DNA of 64,000 bases from the human T2T-CHM13v2.0 reference genome, Homo sapiens: the NCBI RefSeq assembly GCF_009914755.1, contig NC_060926.1; one strand, written 5' to 3'. Below, one piece after another: positions 1 to 13,630 of the stretch (positions are counted from its first letter, which is position 1; every line of letters begins with the position of its first letter). A model generated the notes under the pieces. The model saw only the letters and a program-made list of their open reading frames with translations. It searched no databases and was not told where the DNA came from. A program made the translations under genes and the position numbers.

Positions 1-249
1 TCTTAAAAATAAGGGTGACTAAATTCAGGAAAATTACAGGGCTCCCAACATTAGTTAAAAATGTGGACATATACGCACATAACCGGCCCTTCTGATGAGG
101 CTGTCCTGATTTTAATGGGTAATGCCTCAAGCTGCCCAGACTTTGGTATCCTCCCATTGATGGGAGCCACTGCAAACAACTTTGTTGTTCTAGTATAAAT
201 TATCAACCTCCAACTAGGATTTGTTAACTATGAATTTTTTAAAATCCTC

Positions 250-708
250 TGTGTGGGTTTAGGGTCCTAGACTTGTTTGCCCTCGGTTTCATTCCTGGTT
301 CTTCTTTCCCCTCCTCTGGTCCATATCACAGGGACACTAATCCCTGCAAGCTGCATTTCCAAGCTTCCTTGTGAGCTGGTTGCCAGCTGGGTTTGAATGG
401 GAAGCTGGAGGAGGACAGTGGAGAGCTGGAGGGTAGGAAAAGCTAGGGTGTTCCCCACCACACTGCCACACTCCAGCTCCGGCCAAGTGATCCATGACCT
501 CTGACCCTGTGCCCCGGTATCACAGCCTCTTTCCTTTATTCTTCCATTTTGGAGTCACAGTGCCTTCATCCTTTTGAAAAATAACTGTCCCTTTTTTGGT
601 TTCTTAGCTCTGTTCTCACCTGTTTTACAAATTTATTGAATTAAATTCTCCCTATGTTAAATACTCAGAGCAGTTTCTGTTTTCCTGGTTGGAGCCTGAA
701 TCCATATA
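250..708 (+). mobile_element. LTR33-like solo LTR (ERVL), old and diverged
   Basis: Resembles remembered LTR33 consensus (ccctgcaagctgcatttcc..., ending attaaattctccc...gtttctgttttcctggttggagcctga). Boundaries approximate. Confidence 0.55.
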
Positions 709-1719
709 TCCCTTTGACAGGCATTACTGGACCGTATACACGGAAAATTCGATTATTCCTTGAATTTCTTTTGCTAGGAATTCTTTTTTAAAATGTGCTA
801 CTTAGAAGTGCTAATAAAGGGTTCAGTCCTCAGAAAAGCAGGATAAAACCTAGTACACTTTAAAAAATCAATTTCCTGTGGGCATAATATTAAAAATTAT
901 AAACACAAAATATTACATAACTTCTCGTAAGTCAGAACAGGGCAAATACATAGCTGAGGCTGAGACATAAATTCCATGCCAATAAGAAGGGTGGCATATA
1001 ATACCTGTCAAGGCTTAATTTACATCACACATTTGTGAGGCCTACTCATTCACTAGCTTGTTTGCCAATGGTCTCCGCCTCCTCAGATCTTAAACGAGAG
1101 AAGGAGAGAGAGAAAGAAGAAGACACTTACATTACTAATTTGAAACTTTATTATATATGTGATTCCTTGGAATAATATTTTGAAATCTACATCATGTCTG
1201 TATTTTTCTTTTCCCTGTATTTTCTGCTATTGCTTCTCTCCTCCCTCTCCACCCCTGTAAGCAGATCTCCTACTGGGTGTTCATTGTCCCAAGAAGAGGT
1301 AAAAGGAAATGCAAACAAAAATGATCTATGAGTATTTATGGCTTTGTTTTATAAAATCCTAAATTCTTAAGAAAAAGAATCCAGAGTATCTGGAAGAAGC
1401 TTCAAAGGGGAAAATATTTTTCTGAAACTGTTAAAAGGATTCCCATGGGCACATACAAGGGGAGAGAGACAGAACGATTAGGTTTCCTGAGGGAGAAACA
1501 AGGAACTAGAAGCTGATACTGGGGAAGTAGCCCAAGTAAGAAGAGGCCAGGGTAGACTTGGCAAAGGAATCCCAAGAGGTTGTGGTTTTAGCATCCAGGT
1601 GTGTCACGGGAGACAAATCATCACACAAATACTACCTAGACCTTACTCATCTGTACTAGAGATTGCACTAGTTCTTCTTTCCATTGACCGGTCTTCACCC
1701 TAGGGAGCCAAAGTGACTG

Positions 1720-2014
1720 GTCAAGACTTGTACAGGAGCCACCAGGAGGGATCTCTGTATTTCTTTGTTCTCTGTACTTGAACAAATGTAAATTGCCACC
1801 ACAGGGCACGAGCCTGCTGGAGAACAGAGCCAACACAGAGAAAATGGATCCAGGAGATGAAGATGGAGAAACTGGGTGCTGAAGACCTTTGAGCTGTTTT
1901 TGGAGCTAGACTGATCACTGGACTTTCAAATCATATGAGTAAATTTGTTCTCTTTTAGGTGAAGTTAGCTTGGATTGAATTTTCTGTCATTTGAAATAGA
2001 ATCCTAATTGATAC
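1720..2014 (+). mobile_element. MLT1-family (MaLR) LTR 3' portion
   Basis: Typical MLT1 3' end: aagttagcttggattgaattttctgtcatttg...atcctaattgataca. Confidence 0.45.
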
Positions 2015-2507
2015 ACTTGTCTCCAATACCTGTTCAAAGCCTTAGTGAGGCATAGTAAGTACAGAACTTAGCTGTTGACCAATATCAGTGCATACACATA
2101 TGATACCAATTTATTAACTTACTGCTACTGGGCCAAGGAAAGGGAGTTGTAATATTATCACACGTGTGGCATGTCAGAATCAAATTGGAGTACCTGCTTT
2201 TGTTTAAACTTCCAGGGAGGATGGAACTCTTCTTACCACAGACATATTAAACCCTCTTACCACCACTACAGAAAATTCAGCAGTCAAAGCAGGAGGCATT
2301 CAACATAATAGCCTTTGTTCCCTGTATATCTTCCACCTTTTTATTGCTGCACCCCCACCTCCAGCTTTTACTCCTAGTTAACTAATAGTTGTCCGTGCTG
2401 CTTCATGCATTAGTACCTCTGCACGAGCTCTTTTCTTAGGCTGGAATGTACTTCCTAGTACTGTCTACCCTTCTAGGCCCAGCTCAAGTGCCCCAGCCTC
2501 TGAAATG

Positions 2508-2844
2508 TCTTTTGTTTTTTGTTTGTTTGTTGTTGTTGTTGTTGTTGTTGTTGTTTTGAGGCAGGGTCTGGCTCTGTCACCCAAGTTGGAGTGCAGTAGT
2601 GCAATCTAGGCTCACCACAACTTCTGCCTCCCAAGCTGAAGCCATCCTCCCACCTCAGCCTCCTGAGTAACTGGAACTACAAGCACATGCCACCACACCC
2701 AGCTAATTTTCGTATATTTTGTAGTGATGGGGGAGCGTCTCACCATGTTGCCCAGGCTGGTCTTGAGCTCCTAGGCTCAAGTGATTCACCCACTTTGGCC
2801 TCGCAAAGTGCTGGGATTACAGGCATGAACCACTGTGTCTGGCC
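2508..2844 (-). mobile_element. Alu (AluJ-like), full length, tail decayed to (GTT)n
   Basis: Reverse-strand dimeric Alu ending ...ctgtgtctggcc; (gtt)n microsatellite at ~2520-2555. Confidence 0.93.
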
Positions 2845-4023
2845 CCCTCTTCCGCGAAATTTTTTGTTTTACCTAACAATGACACAATCCTGCACTTCAT
2901 ACCTCCCATGCACATACTCTAAAATGGATCATTTACTTGTGTCACACTCTGTACATCCTTCTATTTCCAATGTTTTTCTGTTTATTTATCTAGCTCTTCT
3001 ACTACTAGACTGAGCGCCACAAGGGCAGGAATGCTCTCCAATTCATCTTGGAATTTTTTAGGTTCCTGGCCATTAAGCTATAAATAATTATGCCTGGTGG
3101 AAATAAATAATCAAATACATTTAATGAATGGCTGTGGAAGCAAAGAGATTCATACATTTTTATAGCTGGGAACTTAGAATTCACCTAATCCTGTGAGGTA
3201 AAATATGTTTCGCAGGAATAGCAAAATTATAGATTCTACGAGAATAAATTTTTTAATTTCATCAGAACTCATCACATGATAGCATTCTGTATTTTATACT
3301 TGCATAAGTATAGTAATGTATCACAAAGTTTAAGAATCTTTATTCTTTAAATTTGTCTATCTTCTTTTTCTAAGTTAAAGACCTTCTTTCTATTCTCTTT
3401 AAGCATTTTATTCATATATGTCAGAGTGCTTCTCAGATCTACACACTATTTGTGATTACATAATATTTTATTATCGCCAAGAACCCAAACATTAGTTCAA
3501 ATAGTAAATAAATTCAGATACCTTAAAGAGCCAAGCTAAATATAACTGAAAAATGACTCTCCACCCATTTTATACAAACACACACACGTACATACACACA
3601 CGTTCATATCCATGATCTTTAGTAATCCCACAATTTCAACATCTTTGTGTAGGAAGGGAGTTGCTGTCACATGAAAAGGTTACAGATGGATCCTATTTCT
3701 TATAGACCTGAAGGAATCTGGGCATGCTTAGAAGCAGGAGAATGAATATTGTGGAAATGGACAATAATCTGCATGAAAATGTATCCAGTTATCTCCATTT
3801 AGGATTGACTCAGTACAGACTATGTTATATTTGGGGAGATATTTTTCTTCTTTAATATGAATTGTCTTTGGTGATAATTATTTGCCCTTGAGATATGTAT
3901 GTAAGTAGAATCCCATAGATGATCAAGAAGAATTAGGTGGCAAATCTTCACTGCTACCAATGGGCAAGAATTGGAATGAAAACTCTACAGAGACTGTGCT
4001 ATGAGAGAGTTTTTCTGTGGCAT

Positions 4024-4110
4024 TATTTTATTTATTTTGTTTATTTTTTATTTATTTTTATTATTTTATTTTATTTATTTATTTTTATTTATTATTTATT
4101 TATTTATTTT
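4024..4110. repeat. (TTTA)n-like low-complexity tract
   Basis: Directly visible T/A-rich simple repeat. Confidence 0.85.
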
Positions 4111-4402
4111 TCTGTGCCTACCTAAGACTTTGGGAAAGGTATTGCTAAACATAATGTCCTGTGGGTTGTGCTGATTGAGAAAGGGGGCTGGACCCTCCAT
4201 GAGATAAACTACCATAAAGTTTTAAAGATACATACCATAGAGAAAAGAGGAAAGATGCTTTTGAAGAGGAAGGTACATACACAATAGTGGACCTTGAGAC
4301 AAGGAAGCCTGACTAGCAATCAGAGTATACTTTTAAGGGCATCTTTGTGAAAATGTTCAGTTTTTTGCTGTTCTTTAACTACTGGGAAAGTTTTATTTAG
4401 TG

Positions 4403-4936
4403 CAAGGGTCCCCAACCCCCAGGCCACAGACCAAGGCCTAACAGTCCATGGCCTATTAGGAACCAGGCTGCACAGCAGGAAGTGAGCAGCAGGGAGAGCC
4501 AGCAAAGCTTCATTTGTATTTACAGCCACTCTCCATTGCTGGCAGTAAGGCCTGAGCTTCACCTCCTGTCAGATCAGCAGCAGCATTAGACTCTCATAGA
4601 AGCTAGGTTCTGCACTCCTCATGAGAATCTAATGCCTGATGATCTGTCACTGTCTCCCATCATCCCCAGATGAGACTATCTAGTTGCAGAAAAACAAGCT
4701 CAGGGCTCCCACTGATTCTGCATTATGGTGAATTGTATAATTATTTCATTATTATATTTATATTATTGAATATATATTATATTCAATATATATTTCATTA
4801 TATATTACAATGTAATAGTAATAGAAATGAAGTGCATGATAAATGCAATGTGCTTAAATCATACCCCCGACCGCAGGTCCGTGGAAAAATTGTCCATGAA
4901 ACCAGTCCCTGGTGCCAAAAACGTGGGGGACTGTTG
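4403..4936 (+). mobile_element. MER1A (hAT-Charlie MITE)
   Basis: Termini caagggtccccaac...tgggggactgttg; 8-bp TSD atttagtg (4395-4402)/acttagtg (4937-4944); internal MER1A-specific segment (gaaaaacaagctcagggctcccactgattc). Confidence 0.88.
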
Positions 4937-5388
4937 ACTTAGTGGACAGTTTTTACCAACATAGGGAAGTGTAATCTTCTGCACAATGTTGTGACCCCAG
5001 TGTCCTACTGGGGAGAATTCTGGCAAGTAGCAGGGAAGTGTGCAGCAGCCTGCAGAGGAGCATGGAGGAAAATGCGGACTATAATTGAGCTGTGGATGCT
5101 CAGAAAACTCAGGAACAGGCAGGGAAAACAAAACAAGAAAAAAAAAGTTTGTTCTCAAGGGTATCAGAGCTTCCTGTCAATTCTACCTTTAAACACCACC
5201 CACAACTGCCACTTCTACCAAAGGGAAAAAAAGTGGCCGTTTCTTTCCTCTTCCTTTAACTTTCATTGTTTCTTACCTGGACTTTGGCAACAATGCCTAT
5301 GTTGCCTCTTATCATCAGTCTCTCCCTCCTTGCTCTGGCCTGTTCCTGCTGAACACCTTCTTTATGGTTGTCTTTCTAAAGAGCCCTG

Positions 5389-5694
5389 AGGACAGTTGCA
5401 GTGGCTCACACCTATAAATCCCAGCAGTTTGAGGGGCTTAAGAGGGCAGATCGCTTGAGCAAGGAATTCTAGATCAGCCTGGGCAACATGGAGAAACCCC
5501 CATCGCTACAAAAAATACAAAAATTAGCTGGGTGTGATGGCGTGTGCCTGTAGTCCCAGCTACATGCTGATGTAGGAGGATTGCTTGAGCCGGGGAGGTC
5601 GAGGCTGCAGTCAGCCATGATCTCACCACTGCACTCCAGCCTGAGCAACAGAGCAAGACCTTGTCTCAAAAACAAAACAAAACGAAACAAAAAC
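5389..5694 (+). mobile_element. Alu (AluJ-like), full length
   Basis: Dimeric Alu with (AAAAC)n tail; TSD aaagagccctg at 5378-5388 and 5695-5705. Confidence 0.93.
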
Positions 5695-6949
5695 AAAGAG
5701 CCCTGGCTCATTTCCCTTCCCAGTATTCTGCTAATACCACCTGTAAAAACCTTTCTGCCTGTTTATTGGCCTCAGGATTTCCATTGAAAGCTGCTCCTCT
5801 CATTTGAAGATTTAGGTATTCAAAGCTAGTGAATTAGGCCTTTTGTAGAACCATTAAAGATGTGTTATTTTGTTCAATTAAGAAGTGCCATTAAAGTATT
5901 TGTCATGCTAAGAGGATTCCATTTAAAGATTTACCCATTTAAAGATTACCCAAGTTTTCAGTATTGAGACAGATGGTACCACAGTAAAAGCAGTGATGTC
6001 CTTGAAAAGCTGTCAATTTTGTTTGGGAAAGTAAATGTTCATATAGTGATCAATAAGGGTTGTGGGATATGCATCTTTAATAATTCTATAATTCTGTCAG
6101 ATATTTCTGGTCCTAGATGAATCTGGGTGAGGAGAGATGGTAATATGGCATCTGATAGAGAGCATGGTGAGGTTAATGAATGCAAATTTTGGATACAAAT
6201 GGATTTGTCCTGACACATTAGTTGTAGAATTCATAGGCAGGACTCTTCGTCTCTACACCATATCATCATAGTTACATCACGGTCTTTATGGCACACACAG
6301 CCCACTTAATTTTCTGAAAAGTAGTTATTTACGGCATTTTCAAAAATCTTCTATGAAGTTAAGTTTATGCCTGAATTTCTAATACACATAATGGGCAGAG
6401 TTATAAATACATAGAAGAGAAATGAAGAACCTAACAACATCTCCCTGTATCCATGCCATTGTAAAGGGACCCAGATATAGCTTTGAAATCTAATTGGAAT
6501 TCCTATTACCCCTCTCTTTTCGTATCTCTAGTCTATGTTGATCGAATGGATAGCATAAGGCTGGTATATAGAGTCTTGTCCTCATCTGTATCATAGAGAA
6601 CTACATGACAGATGTCTTCATAAATATCATTGATATAAGATTTCTCCTATATCAACAATGACTTTTAATACATTCAACTTTGGTATTTAGTTTACATGCC
6701 TTACATTCAAGAGCTCTTCACCCACTGATGCCCACATATGCTGACAACTGTTCTGATCCCAGCAGGAGTAACAGATTTTATTTCTTAAGCATTGCAGAAC
6801 TACGACCAGAGTGTTATTATTAGATGAAAGATCCTCATACTGGCTTTGCAATAGAGAAAAAAGAAAGAATTGAGATGAAAATAATCTAGGCTATTTAAAA
6901 ATGCCCCACATTTTCAAAATTGTAACTGAATTTGATTTTCAAAGGCAAC

Positions 6950-7450
6950 ATATTCAAATGCTCAAAATTCAAATGATAACAAAATTTTATACAGAGTGTA
7001 ATTTCTATGGTATCTTTGTTCCCCTGCCATCCAGCTCTTTCCAGTCTAAACCAATGTTATAAAATGTTTGTATTTTCTCACAGAGATAGTCTATGTATAT
7101 AGAAGCACATATATGTTTGAGTATGCATCTTGTCTATTTCGTTTAAACAACTTCTCTTGGGGATAGTATAAGCACATAAAGAGCTTTTAAATTTTTTTCT
7201 GGTTACATACTATTCCATTGCAAGAATGTACATAATTTATTTCAGTACCAAGTAGATGGACACTTAAGTTGTTTCCAATCTTTTGCTAGGACAGAGGTAT
7301 CCTTGCACCTATATCATTTTGCTTATGGGTAGGTATTTCTTTGGAATACCTTCTTAGAAGTAAAGTATTTTTATTAAAGGTATGTATTGTCATTTTTAAG
7401 GAATGTAATTTATTCCTTTTTAACTGTGATTTTGAAAATGCAAAGAGAGA
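6950..7450 (-). mobile_element. Ancient L1M (L1ME-like) fragment
   Basis: Diverged L1 3' motifs (gatggacacttaagttgtttccaatcttttgcta). Boundaries approximate. Confidence 0.45.
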
Positions 7451-7583
7451 AAAGGATAAAATTTGGAAAAATCAGTCTTCCTCATACTCCCTTTGCCCAA
7501 CCACACTTTTCCTTTCCCCGGGAACAAATATGTTACCACTTCATATATATCCTTTCAGAGATTTTATACACACACATACACAG

Positions 7584-7588
<5 letters not shown>

Positions 7589-7624
<36 letters not shown>
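7589..7624. repeat. (CA)n microsatellite
   Basis: Directly visible. Confidence 0.95.
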
Positions 7625-7625
<1 letters not shown>

Positions 7626-8358
7626 GCTTACACATATGCCCATGTGCACACATGAAAGTACATATAGGATAATTTAATTTGTTTGTGCAAATTTGTGTTT
7701 TCTTCTGTATTGTAGTCTACAAAAATCAGAAGGTTATTCCCAAGTTGCTGGCTGAAATGCTTCATTGTAACCACTTAAGACAGAAATATACTCTTATTGC
7801 CTCATGTGTCATCATCATTTAACGTGATAAAATAAATTCCACTAATTTTCTCTATACACATCTGTTCTGTGTGGAGGAAAGGGAGCTGTAGAAAAATAGC
7901 CCTGCACTGTACTTAGCCCCAAAATTTCTGACAAGATCCAATCTAGATTTTCTCCTGTATGCCTGTTGAAGAACAGGCACCCTGTAATCCTAACCTTCCT
8001 CTAAGGATTCCCTTCCCCTTTCTCTTGTGCGGGATATCTTGTTTCCTCCAACCCATGTAACCCTCTTTTTCTTAATGTTCTTTCCGGCTCTCTGTCTCCC
8101 TACACCCCCTTACATGCATTCTCACTCTCAGAATATATCTTCCAATAACCTCAAAGTAAGCAAGAGTGTCTGGGAAGTACATTTTTTGAGATCTTGCATT
8201 CTGAAAATCTCTTTATTCTCCCAACCCACCACTCCCTCTTCCCAACTACCATCTGATTAATAATTTGGCCAATAATAAGAGTTCTAGGTGGGAAATTTAT
8301 AGGCATTGCTCCCGTCTTACTGTTAAATCCAATGACATCGTGGTCTGTGATCTCCTTC

Positions 8359-8648
8359 TTTTTTTTTTTTTTTTTTTCAGTTTGTCACTGAGGCTGGAGT
8401 GCAGTGGCATGATCATGGCTCACTGCAGTCTTGACCTCCTGGGATCAAGCAATGCTCCTACGTCAGCCTCCTGGGTAGCTGGGACTACAGGCCTGCATCA
8501 CCAGGCTCGGCAATTTTTTGCATTTTTTGTAAGAGACAAGGTTTCTCCATGTTGCCCAGGCTGGTCTTGAACGCCTGACCTCAAGTGATCCGTCCACCTC
8601 AGCCTCCCAGCATGCTGGCATTACAGACGTGAGCCACCCTGCCTGGCC
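8359..8648 (-). mobile_element. Alu (AluJ-like)
   Basis: Poly-T followed by reverse Alu ending gcctggcc. Confidence 0.92.
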
Positions 8649-9540
8649 CTCATTGTGATTTCTGACTCATTTTGTTTTCTCTCTGGAAAATTTCATGATC
8701 TTCTCTTTGTCCCCAGTGTCTGTATATATATATTTTTCCCTTTCTGAAATTCCTTTTTTTTTTTTTTTTTAAATGATGGACCTCCTGGACTGGGCCTCCA
8801 GTTTTTCTATTTCTTCCCTATTCTTTTTCATCTCATTTTGTTTTTGCTGAGAAATTTTCTCAATTTTATTTTCCAACTTACATTCTTATATATTCAAAAT
8901 TTTATTTATTTTTAATGTGGCAAAATACACATAAAATTTACCATTTTTATCATTTTTGATTCAGTGGCTTATTAAGTACACTCACATTGTTGTGCAACCA
9001 TCACTACCATGCATCTCCAGAACTTCTTAATCTTCCCAAACTGAAACTCTGTATCAGTTGAACAAAAACTTCAAATTCCCCTCTTCTTCAGCCCCTGGCA
9101 ACCAACATTTTCTGCCTCTATGAATTTGATTACTACTCTATGTAACTCATGTAAGTGAAATCATACACTTTTTGCCCTCCTGTGACTGGCTCATTTCATT
9201 TAGCATAATGTCTTTAAGATGCATCGATGTTGTAGCATGTGTCAGAATTTACTGCCTTTTTAAAGGCTGAATAATATTCCACTGTGTGTACAGTTGGGCT
9301 TCCATATCTGTGGGTTCCACATGTAGATTCAACCAACCCCACATAAAAAATATTCAAAGAACAATGACATCTGTACTGAACACGTAAAGACTTTTTTCTT
9401 GTCTCTGTTCCCTAAACAATACAGTATAGTAACAAATTACACAGCATTTATATTGTATTAGGTATTATAAGTAATCTAGAAATTGTTTAAAGTTTATTGG
9501 AAGATTGTGTAGTTTATATGCAAATACTATGCCATTTTAT

Positions 9541-10145
<605 letters not shown>

Positions 10146-11653
10146 TCACGTTTTTTATTAATTCATTTGTTGATAGACACTTGGGTTGCTTCTGTGTTTT
10201 GGCTATTGTAAATAATGCTGCAATTAACATTGATGTATCATAGTTTTATTTGTACTATTGTATATATTTTTATTTTTTGAGAGTTCTCTTGTTCTGTGTT
10301 CCATTTTTATACTTTTTTCTCTTATCAAAGCTGTAATATCTTTTCTTAGTTCTCTAAGGATATGAATGGTATGTATGTACATATATGTGTATATTAAAAT
10401 ATGTATGTACACATTTTTAAAATTTATTTTTCTTTGCATGGTAGCCATTTCCTCAAGTTGCATTTGATTGTTTACTTTGGTCTCCCTTTCCATGTTAGAA
10501 GTTTTCATCAGATTTCTTGTAATTCTTGATTTTCTGCTCTTCAGAATGAAAACTAAAAATCTAATTGGGAGTTCTGCATGCCTATGAGGCTCAGTAACCT
10601 TGAGCTTTACTGCAAGATGAACTGGGACGACTTTTGGGTATCCTTGTTAACAGTATGTTGATGTCTTTCCACAGGCTGTTCGGTTTAACCAAAGAAAAAT
10701 CTACCTATCTCCTCCCTCAAGGGTAGAGATCCCACGCTAGAGACGGAGTGTCCTGGGTTCTGAGTGTGGAAAGGGGAAATAACAGAATGTTTTCAATAGA
10801 ATATTCAGGTCTTCAGACATTTGTATCCTTCCTCAGTCCAGAAGCAGTACTGTACACTTCTCCAGAAAATAAAACCACAGACTTATGACCAAACTAGGAG
10901 AGTTAATCTCCTACTGGCATGGAGCTGGGAAAGACAATAAGGAGATGACTACATCTGAGTCAGCTTTCACCTACTCCTTCCTGTTTTAGCAGTGGTCATC
11001 CTTGCTTCATTTTCAGTTCCAGAATTATCTTGTCTTAGGATTTCTTGAAACTTTTGAGGATTCTTTTGTATTAATGGAGATGCTTCTCAGCTTTCGCCAT
11101 TACCAACTTGGTTTCCACTCTCTGAGGTCTGCAAGGGCAGTCAGGTTTCATTCATCTCCTTTTCAGTTTTCAAAGCTCTGTTGCTGTTATCTCCTCTTGC
11201 TCTCATCTTTTTGTGTCTTCACAAAAAATTTCAAGATTGCTTTAACAGAATTTCTTGAAGTGGTGGTGGTTAATATTGTGCAATCCTCACTCTGAGCTGG
11301 TATAGCATAGTTCATGCTTGGTGGGAAAAGAGGTAAGGATCTTCTTGATTCACCAAACTTCCAATAGATTTAAGGATTTAGAATTTAGTTTTATGCCATT
11401 AACTTAATGTTGCCTTATTGAAAATTTTCTCATTTCCTCATCTGAAGGCAATATCTAGAAATTGGCTTGTTTCTCTACAAGGAAGACTTTAAAGTTCGGC
11501 CTTAAATCATACAAAGTACCATTCTGAAAAGCCAGTTGACATGTCAGAAGTTAAATCTATTTTTTAATGTAAAATTTGCTTATAGATACTCTACTAGAAG
11601 GAATCACTGAGAAAATTGTAGTTACTTATGATGGACTTTAAATTATAAAGGAG

Positions 11654-11985
11654 GGCCATGCAAGGTGATTCATGCCTATAATCCCAACACTTTGGGAGGC
11701 CAAGGTGGGAAGATGGCTTGAGGTCAGGAGTTCAAGACTAGTTTGGGCAACCCACAGAAACTCTGTCTCTACAAAAAAAATTTAAAAATTAGCCAAGTGT
11801 GGTGGTTTTTGCCTGTAGTCCCAGCTACTCAGGAGGTTGAGGTGGGAGAATTGCTTGAGCCCAGGAGGTCAAGGCTGCAGTGAGCCACAGTGGTGCAGTG
11901 AGCCACAGTGGTGCAGTGAGCACCACTGCACTCCAATATGAGCAATAGAGCAAAACTCTGTCTCAAAAAATTAATTAAAAAAAAT
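11654..11985 (+). mobile_element. Alu (AluJ-like) with internal 18-bp tandem repeat
   Basis: Dimeric Alu; gcagtgagccacagtggt x2.5 at 11877-11921. Confidence 0.92.
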
Positions 11986-13424
11986 AAATGACTTGGATTG
12001 TTTGGTCCCCATTTATTAAAAAAGGACTCCTCTAGGAGGTCGTTTTGAAAAATGTATTATTTGAGATCATTACAATTGGTCAAACTCAACTAGTGTTGCA
12101 ATAATCAAATGAACCTGCAAGAAAAAAATAAAAATAAAATGGCACCTGGTTATTACCCAGATATATCTGTTCTCTGTGCTTCATTTTAGTCATAGCTATT
12201 TAATTTCCTGAAACAAAAAACAAACAGATTTTTCACTAATGTCAGTACTGCAGAGCTAGCACAGGACAGAAGAGCCAGCTGTACTCGATTTCGTCTTATG
12301 CATCATCAACAAAATTGGCAGCTAAGTTCTGATTTCAGAGTCTTTATGGTTAATGATGATGTACAAGCTGTGCTTGATTTTCAGATACAAGACTGATCTT
12401 ACTTTGCTGACAGAAAAATCTATTTTTGATATGTAAATTGAACAAATTTCATGCAAAATTATTGATGTAGGATAAACGCAGATCATGAAGATACCATTTT
12501 TAAGCTCATCTCTAACCCTAAAACCATTTAGGTTTATTATTATATCTTCATCATTCCTACAATTATTAGCGTTACAATGATGGCAACTAAACATTTAACT
12601 AAAATTGCATTTATGTTTTATGAATGAGTCATATATTGATAACTATTATACTCTTAAGAATGTGATTGCAATGAAAAGGAGCAACAGAACTAATTAGTAA
12701 TTGATTATATTAGCAGCCCTGTTCTGGGCATAATGCTAATTCAGAGCCATGTTACAGGTGATCATGGGTAAAATCTAACATTATATAAAGAATGGTGGAA
12801 CAAATAGGTGTGAAGGAGAGAAAAAATGCTTCCTTGATTATAAACTCTTTGACAATAGATATTACATCTCAGTCCCTGCTTAGGGAAGCTACTACACTTT
12901 TAAATTCATACAAGTTTATTTGATTGTACTTGCTAATGGTATACTATTGGATGTTTTTTAGAGGCAGCAATATTGGCCTTATGCAAAAGTATATAGCTAT
13001 AAAATCTTGTCTTAGCTTTTTTTCATCTTGTCTCCATTTCGGAGTTCCCACCACAGATACTCAGTTCTTTTGTGCTGCCTGTTTCTTGAAGGTATTACCC
13101 GCTACCCACCTCCTGCTCAAGTTTGCCTCTCCCTTATTCCATACCTGTTACTCCTTAACCTTATCAAAACTTCCCTGTTCTTTATCCCATTCTTTTAAGA
13201 TTTTGCAAGGGCACACAAGTTAAGAGCCTAGAAGTATTTACTTTTTAAAATATGTTTTCCTTTTAGGAATATAGATTTGCATTTTTAAGAAGAACTCTTG
13301 AAGACCTATTGTTAGCAGTCAAAATGTCACATCTTTCTGTCTGTCAAGAATGGCAAAAATCCATATTTTACAATAACTGGCTTTTACTTATTGATTCTAC
13401 CCAGCTTAAAATGTGTTTCTGAAG

Positions 13425-13630
13425 CATAATGAGATAGAGATTAAGATCAAGGGCTTTGTAGTCAGACAGACCTAGTTTTGAAGCTAAACTCTATCCCTTA
13501 CTGGCTGTCAGTGATGATTTACTTACCTCTAAGATAGGACAGTGGTACCCACTTCGTTGGGTTGTTGTGAGAAATAAATTCATTAATGTTAAGTAATATG
13601 AAGGGTCCAATAATTACGAACTGCTATTAT
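13425..13630 (+). mobile_element. MIR (diverged)
   Basis: gggctttgtagtcagacagacctagttttgaa ... gggttgttgtgagaaataaa. Confidence 0.6.

Noticed and set aside
88-125. CTGATGAG hammerhead-like core
   Set aside because: No stem II followed by GAAA and no supporting helices.
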